Shown here: positions 47,436 to 52,462 of the stretch, in pieces
Layout of the letters: the number at the start of each line of letters is the position of its first letter
Numbering within the stretch: the first letter of the stretch is position 1
Origin: an uncultured Erysipelotrichales bacterium
GTDB taxonomy: Bacteria; Bacillota_I; Bacilli_A; Erysipelotrichales; Coprobacillaceae
DNA: 52,462 bases
NCBI GenBank assembly: GCA_964596105.1
Contig: CAZQRT010000002.1
Span: forward strand, 1-52,462
Direction of reading: 5' to 3'
Translations under genes and position numbers: made by a program
The notes under the pieces: model-generated
The model's input: the letters and a program-made list of their open reading frames with translations, nothing else
Told to the model about the DNA's origin: nothing
The model's database searches: none

Positions 47436-49655
47436 ATGATGATGGAAATAAAAACCGCTAAAGATACCGTGACGATTGATGATGTCCTGGAATATGCCGG
47501 ACAGTATATCAAAAATCCGGACAGCATCGCTTTAATCAAGAAGGCGTACAATTATATCGTGGAAAAGCACGCCGGCCAGAAGCGTCTTAGCGGCGAGCCC
47601 TATATCATTCATCCCGTCTGGGTGGCTTATATTCTCGCCACGCTGGAAACCGGGCCGATGACGATTTGCGCGGGACTTTTGCATGATGTCATGGAGGACT
47701 GCGGCATCTCGCATGAGGAGATGGCCAAGGAATTTGGCGAAGAGATCACCAGTCTTGTCGAAGGGGTCACCAAGATCAGCAAGATGCCTTACATGGATGA
47801 GCAGGATCTGTACGCGGAAAACCACCGCAAGATCTATATCGCCATGGCCAAGGATATCCGCGTGATCCTGATCAAGTTCGCGGACCGCCTGCACAATATG
47901 CGCACCCTGAAATACATGCCGCCGGAAAAGCAGCAGCGCATCGCCCGGGAAACCCTGGAGGTTTACGCCCCGATCGCGCACCGTCTCGGTATTAATGATA
48001 TCTGTATCGAATTAGAGGATTTAAGCCTGATGTATACCGACCCGGAGGCTTATCATGAGATTTCCGAGCTGCTCGAGGCCAAGCGCAATGAGCGCAAGGC
48101 CGCGGTCGTGGAAATGATGGCGGAAGTGGAAAAGCTTTTAAAGGATAACAATATCGAGTTCCGCATCATCGGGCGCGCGAAGCACATTTACAGCATATAC
48201 AAGAAAATGGTCATCAACCATAAACGCTTTGATGAGCTTTATGATTTAAACGCGATCCGGATCATCACGAAGAGCCAGATTGTCTGCTATGAGGTTTTAG
48301 GACTGCTGCATGATCACTACCGGCATCTGCCGGGACGCTTTAAGGATTATATCACAATGCCGAAGCCGAATATGTATCAGTCTTTGCATACCGCGGTGAT
48401 CGGGGTCAACGGCCTGATTTTTGAGATTCAGATCCGCACCGAGGAAATGGATGAGATCGCCGAGCGCGGCGTGGCGGCGCACTGGCGCTACAAAGAGGGC
48501 AAAGAGTATTCCAGCCGTCAGGAACAGAAGGAAATGGGCGAGAAGCTGCAGTGGCTTGGCGACTTCATTTCCATGACCGACGACATTCAAAACAGCGACG
48601 CCCGGGAGTTCTATGAGTCTTTAAAGCATGATATTTTTGAGGCGAATGTCTATGTTTTAAGTCCGAAGGGCAAAATCATCGAGCTTCCTAACGGGGCGAC
48701 GCCGATCGATTTCGCCTACCGGATTCATACCGAAGTCGGGCACCACATGGTCGGGGCTTTCGTCAACAACATCATGGTCCCGATCGACACGCCTTTGAAA
48801 ACCGGTGATCTGGTCGAGATCAAAACTTCCAATAACGCCTCGGGACCGAGCGAGGACTGGCTGAAGATCGTCAGGACCGCCGGGGCGCGCAATAAAATCC
48901 GCCAGTTTCTGGCCAACAAGGAAGCCGAAAGCCGCAAGGTGTTCATCGAGGACGGCCGCCGCATGCTGATGAGCGAGGTGCGCAAGCGGGGACTCGATGA
49001 GAAGACTTACGGGGACGCCAAGACGTATGAGGGTATTTTAAACAGTCTGGGCGCGAATCATTTTGAGGATCTGCTGTTTTTAATCGGGCGCAAAAATATT
49101 ATGGCGTCTTCCGTGCTTGATAAGCTGATGCCGAAAAAAGACAGCTTCATGGATAATCTCAACAAGATTATGCAGAAAAACAGCGCCGCCAACGAGCGCC
49201 AGCATGAGCATGGCTGCGGGGTGGCGGTGGCCGGGATCAGCGGCATGCGGATTTCCATCAGCAAGTGCTGCAATCCGATCCCCGGGGATGACATCGTCGG
49301 ATTTGTCTCGCAGGGCAAGGGTGTCAAGGTCCATCGCGCGGATTGTCCGAATGTCAAACAGATTCCCAAGGGGCGCCTGATTGATGTCTACTGGGATTAT
49401 CCGAGCATCGCGACCAAGCAGTTTGAGGTGGAACTGGAGATTTTAGGCAAGGACCGCACGAATCTGTTAACTGATATTATCACCGCGCTGGGCGCGATGA
49501 AAATCAATATTTTAAATGTGCGCGGGGATGTCAAAGATGCTCAGGCCAAGATCAATTTAAAGATCGCGGTCGACAGCTCGGCGCAGTTAAGCACCGCCAA
49601 AGCCAATCTCATGAAGATTGTCGGGATCTATGAGATCAACCGTTTAACGCATTAA
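47436..49655 (+). CDS. relA: bifunctional (p)ppGpp synthetase/hydrolase RelA/SpoT (Rel)
   Basis: The protein has an HD domain (HP..VA..L...LHDV.ED), a synthetase domain (RAKH.YSIYKKM, YQSLHT), and TGS, zinc-finger and ACT-like C-terminal domains. Three consecutive ATGs occur at 47436-47444, and the later ones fit the SD GGGAGGTG better. Confidence 0.95.
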   Translation: MMMEIKTAKDTVTIDDVLEYAGQYIKNPDSIALIKKAYNYIVEKHAGQKRLSGEPYIIHPVWVAYILATLETGPMTICAGLLHDVMEDCGISHEEMAKEFGEEITSLVEGVTKISKMPYMDEQDLYAENHRKIYIAMAKDIRVILIKFADRLHNMRTLKYMPPEKQQRIARETLEVYAPIAHRLGINDICIELEDLSLMYTDPEAYHEISELLEAKRNERKAAVVEMMAEVEKLLKDNNIEFRIIGRAKHIYSIYKKMVINHKRFDELYDLNAIRIITKSQIVCYEVLGLLHDHYRHLPGRFKDYITMPKPNMYQSLHTAVIGVNGLIFEIQIRTEEMDEIAERGVAAHWRYKEGKEYSSRQEQKEMGEKLQWLGDFISMTDDIQNSDAREFYESLKHDIFEANVYVLSPKGKIIELPNGATPIDFAYRIHTEVGHHMVGAFVNNIMVPIDTPLKTGDLVEIKTSNNASGPSEDWLKIVRTAGARNKIRQFLANKEAESRKVFIEDGRRMLMSEVRKRGLDEKTYGDAKTYEGILNSLGANHFEDLLFLIGRKNIMASSVLDKLMPKKDSFMDNLNKIMQKNSAANERQHEHGCGVAVAGISGMRISISKCCNPIPGDDIVGFVSQGKGVKVHRADCPNVKQIPKGRLIDVYWDYPSIATKQFEVELEILGKDRTNLLTDIITALGAMKINILNVRGDVKDAQAKINLKIAVDSSAQLSTAKANLMKIVGIYEINRLTH

Positions 49656-49682
49656 AAGTCCGGATCATTCCGGGCTTTTTTG
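49656..49682 (+). terminator. rho-independent terminator
   Basis: The hairpin AAGTCCGGA-TCAT-TCCGGGCTT carries a T-run. Confidence 0.8.
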
Positions 49683-49695
49683 AAAGGAGACCGCC

Positions 49696-50136
49696 ATGGC
49701 AAGCTATGTGAAGCATTTTAATGAGCTGACAACATTAGAATTGTACCGCCTGCTCAAGGCCCGGGTTGATGTCTTCGTGGTGGAGCAGGCCTGCCCCTAC
49801 GCGGAGATCGATGACAAGGATCTTGACGCTTATCATGTCTGGATTGAGGAAGACGGAAAGATTGCCGCGCTGTGCCGGGTGTTAAAGGCGGGAGTTTCAT
49901 ATCCCGAGGTCTCGATCGGCCGGGTGCTCTCGATCAGAAGAGGGCAGGGGTACGGGGCCCGGGTTTTCGCGTTAGGTCTGCAAACGGCCCGCGATATCTA
50001 TCAGGCAAAGCGCGTCCGGATCGAGGCGCAGTATTACGCGGCCGGTTTTTATGAGCGTTTCGGTTTTCAAATCGTCAGCGCGCCTTTTTATGAAGACGGC
50101 ATCAAACACGTGGAAATGCTTCTGGACATCGGTTGA
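49696..50136 (+). CDS. GNAT family N-acetyltransferase (ElaA-like)
   Basis: The translation has LYRLL..R..VFVVEQ.CPY.E.D..D and the GNAT acetyl-CoA motif RRGQGYG. Confidence 0.75.
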   Translation: MASYVKHFNELTTLELYRLLKARVDVFVVEQACPYAEIDDKDLDAYHVWIEEDGKIAALCRVLKAGVSYPEVSIGRVLSIRRGQGYGARVFALGLQTARDIYQAKRVRIEAQYYAAGFYERFGFQIVSAPFYEDGIKHVEMLLDIG

Positions 50137-50214
50137 TTTTTTCTCAGGGATCTTTTAAAATAGCCTTTGGAAAGGGCGATAAGAATGTATAAAACCGAAA
50201 CCTGGGAAGGATTT

Positions 50215-50745
50215 ATGAAAAACCTCTACTGGCTTTTAATCAGTTTGATGGTGCTTCTGGTCATACTGATGGCGGGAACTTTTCTTGCCGGCAGCGCCTT
50301 TATCAATGACAGCTTTCATATTTATTTTGAACAGGCTTTGCGCCTGTTTTCGGCCGGGAGGGACAGTCTTCGCTATTTTCTTTTCTATCATTTGATGCAG
50401 GTTTTCTTGTGGACCGTGTTCTTCGCTTTTGGCGCGCGCCGGATCATGAAAGTATTCGTTCTGGCTAACGCGCAAAAACCTTTTGCCCTGCCGGCATCTA
50501 AAGCGCTCAACAGTATCGGCGCGGCCGGGATTGTTTTCGCGGTCGTCATCAGTTTATGGGAGAGCATTTATCCGCTCTTGTTTGATTACGCGACCTGGCA
50601 GGATTTTCTCGCCTCCTGGCTCGATGTCGCCGCGGTGGTATTTTTGCGTAAAACGCTGTATCTGCGCATCCTTAAAGCGCTCGCGCTGAAGATCGCCACC
50701 GCCATGATCAGCACGCTGTTTTTAGCGGAGCGGGAACAAGAATAA
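50215..50745 (+). CDS. hypothetical membrane protein (4-5 TM)
   Basis: ATG 50215 sits 5 nt after GGGAAGG. The translation is hydrophobic and I recognise no motif. Confidence 0.55.
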   Translation: MKNLYWLLISLMVLLVILMAGTFLAGSAFINDSFHIYFEQALRLFSAGRDSLRYFLFYHLMQVFLWTVFFAFGARRIMKVFVLANAQKPFALPASKALNSIGAAGIVFAVVISLWESIYPLLFDYATWQDFLASWLDVAAVVFLRKTLYLRILKALALKIATAMISTLFLAEREQE

Positions 50746-50770
50746 CAAAAAAAGAGCCAAAGCTCTTTTT
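50746..50770. terminator. bidirectional rho-independent terminator
   Basis: AAAAAAAGAGC-CAAA-GCTCTTTTT lies between convergent genes. Confidence 0.7.
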
Positions 50771-51587
50771 AGATCAGGTTTAAATACTGGAAAGCGTTCC
50801 AGAGGCCGTCTTCATCAACCCCGGTTGTCACATAATCGGCCGCCGCTTTGCATTCCGCGGTTCCCGAGCCCATCGCCACGGCGTAACCGGCGGCTTCAAA
50901 CATCGGAATATCCACCGCTTCATCACCAAACGCGATCGCGTCTTCTTTCTGGCATCCCAGATGATCAAGCAGTTTCTGGACGGAATATTTTTTGTCGATG
51001 CCGGTAACTCCGACATCGCCGTGCTTCATCGGTCCGCCAACTCCCCAGGTACCGTGTTTTAAATGCGGGAATTTTTCTTTTGTTCTTTCAAAATCCTCAT
51101 CGCTGTTCAGGCAGTAGGAGATTTTGTTGACATCATCTTTATCAAAATCATGGCCGTAAGTCATGCCGTCGAGAAATTTCAGGACGCCTTCCATATTTAA
51201 GGATCTTTGTCCTCCGGCCTGATAGCGGTCGAGGCATTTCTGGCGGTAGCCCTCGGACGGGTAGAGGCCGCTGTTGGCTTCCAGATAGAACTCAATGTCA
51301 TTTTCCCGAAACCACGCCACCAGCGCTTTGACATCTTCCAGGGAGATCTTTTGATGCATGACGATCTCGCCGTGATCTTCGATATAACTGCCGTTGCCGC
51401 CGATCATGCCGTCCAGGCCGATGCTCCAGATATCGTCATAAACCTCGGCTTTGCTGCGGCCGGTGCAGATATAAACGCGGTGACCGTTGGCCCGCGCCTG
51501 ACGGATCGCCCGCACCGCGCTTTCCGGGGCTTTGTTGCCTGATCCGCAAAGGGTTCCGTCGACATCGATAAATAAAATTTTAGACAC
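50769..51587 (-). CDS. Cof-type HAD-IIB family phosphatase
   Basis: GTG 51587 sits 6 nt after GGAGGGA. HAD motif I is LFIDVDGTL, motif II is ICTGR, and motif IV is GDEAVD. Confidence 0.8.
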   Translation of the reverse strand: MSKILFIDVDGTLCGSGNKAPESAVRAIRQARANGHRVYICTGRSKAEVYDDIWSIGLDGMIGGNGSYIEDHGEIVMHQKISLEDVKALVAWFRENDIEFYLEANSGLYPSEGYRQKCLDRYQAGGQRSLNMEGVLKFLDGMTYGHDFDKDDVNKISYCLNSDEDFERTKEKFPHLKHGTWGVGGPMKHGDVGVTGIDKKYSVQKLLDHLGCQKEDAIAFGDEAVDIPMFEAAGYAVAMGSGTAECKAAADYVTTGVDEDGLWNAFQYLNLI

Positions 51588-51694
51588 TGTTTATCCCTCC
51601 ATATGATGGCCAAATTATAACACCGGCCCGCTGTTTACGCAACAGTATTAAAAATATGCTATAATATGTAAAGATTGTGAAGAGGTAGGGGACA

Positions 51695-52402
51695 ATGATG
51701 GATGAATATGAGAAGATCATCGTCGCGAAATGGCTGGATATATGCCATTTAAGAAAAAAGCTTATGCAAGATATCGCCGCGTTTCAGGATCAGTACGGCT
51801 ATCTGGCTTATGAGATCATGAAGATGCAAATCGAAACGGCGATCTATCAGGCCAAGACGCAGTATTTCCAGAAAAAAAAGAGCGAGGGCGTTTTTGTTAC
51901 CGCCAGCCAGATCGATAAGGTGATCGATCCGCAGTTTGAAAGCAGCTATGATTATCTGGACCAGTATTTACAATACATTTCCGGTATCAAGGAAAACATA
52001 AAAATCGCCCGGAGAAATGAAGATCAGGACGTTGAGAGTCTGTTTCGTGACATCCTGGCCGCGATCTATGATCTTGAAGATATCGATCTGTATCAAAAGG
52101 AGATTCGCGACGCTTTCCAGGCTTACGTGCTGAACTTCTCTGATCAGCTTGCGGATCTTTTATCACAGCTGCGCCAGGCTCCGCACATCGCGCAAAGCGC
52201 GGACCGGGAGACTTTCGAGGGCCAGAAAATCGCGGCGGATCAGCTTTATGAAGAGGTTCAGGCCCAGTATGAGAAGTTCAGTCAGGAATATGATATCGAA
52301 CAGAATCGCCAGCTCTATGTGGAAACCCTGAAACAAAAAGATGCGGATCTGAAAGAAGCCCGGGACAGCTATCAGAAGCTGGCCATTCCTGAAGACGCCT
52401 AG
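51695..52402 (+). CDS. hypothetical all-helical acidic protein
   Basis: ATG 51695 follows GAAGAGGTAGGGGA, and an extended -10 (TGCTATAAT) lies at 51657-65. The composition is coiled-coil-like. I recognise no family. Confidence 0.55.
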   Translation: MMDEYEKIIVAKWLDICHLRKKLMQDIAAFQDQYGYLAYEIMKMQIETAIYQAKTQYFQKKKSEGVFVTASQIDKVIDPQFESSYDYLDQYLQYISGIKENIKIARRNEDQDVESLFRDILAAIYDLEDIDLYQKEIRDAFQAYVLNFSDQLADLLSQLRQAPHIAQSADRETFEGQKIAADQLYEEVQAQYEKFSQEYDIEQNRQLYVETLKQKDADLKEARDSYQKLAIPEDA

Positions 52403-52404
52403 CC

Positions 52405-52462
52405 ATGTCAGAAGAACTGGTTGTGAAAGAAACGCGGTATCCCGCGACCAGAGATTCGCTGA
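52405..52462 (+). CDS. start of an unidentified ORF running off the window
   Basis: ATG 52405 lies 3 nt after the previous stop. Only 19 codons are visible. Confidence 0.25.
   Translation, partial: MSEELVVKETRYPATRDSL

Overview
This is a 52.5-kb chromosomal segment from a low-to-mid GC Bacillota (Firmicutes) genome. The assignment rests on a PolC-type replicase and Bacillus-like gene order; Erysipelotrichia or a relative is only a guess. Most of the window is housekeeping DNA in tightly packed plus-strand operons. In order: thiM-thiE-thiD; a stand-alone GH1 6-phospho-beta-glucosidase; nrnA-like DHH phosphoesterase, large membrane protein, OmpR-type response regulator and histidine kinase; pgi; nfu; mscL; an S-box (SAM-I) riboswitch with metK; rplS-lepB-rbgA-rnhB-dprA-topA-trmFO-xerC; rpsB-tsf-pyrH-frr-uppS-cdsA-dxr-rseP-polC; rimP-nusA-ylxR-ylxQ-infB-rbfA; comN-like-recJ-apt-relA; then GNAT, HAD and hypothetical genes. 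I found no rRNA, tRNA, CRISPR array, transposase or integrase other than xerC. The least ordinary stretch is about 38.4-45.2 kb, wedged between the infB-rbfA block and the recJ-apt-relA block. It holds a LacX-like epimerase, a nitroreductase, a ~105-bp polypyrimidine tract, an unusual PTS-EIIB/ROK-like fusion protein with a degenerate kinase site, a MutT-type NUDIX gene, and a monocistronic 945-aa PLD-nuclease/SF2-helicase/DUF3427-like fusion. The last is my best candidate for an uncharacterised nucleic-acid defence or repair module. Other oddities are a ylxQ homologue with no canonical start codon, a NusA with a ~150-aa low-complexity tail, a terminator-like hairpin inside the rimP-nusA leader, and a 547-aa membrane protein translationally coupled to the two-component system. 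All functional calls come from reading the translations and motifs by eye. No database search was run.
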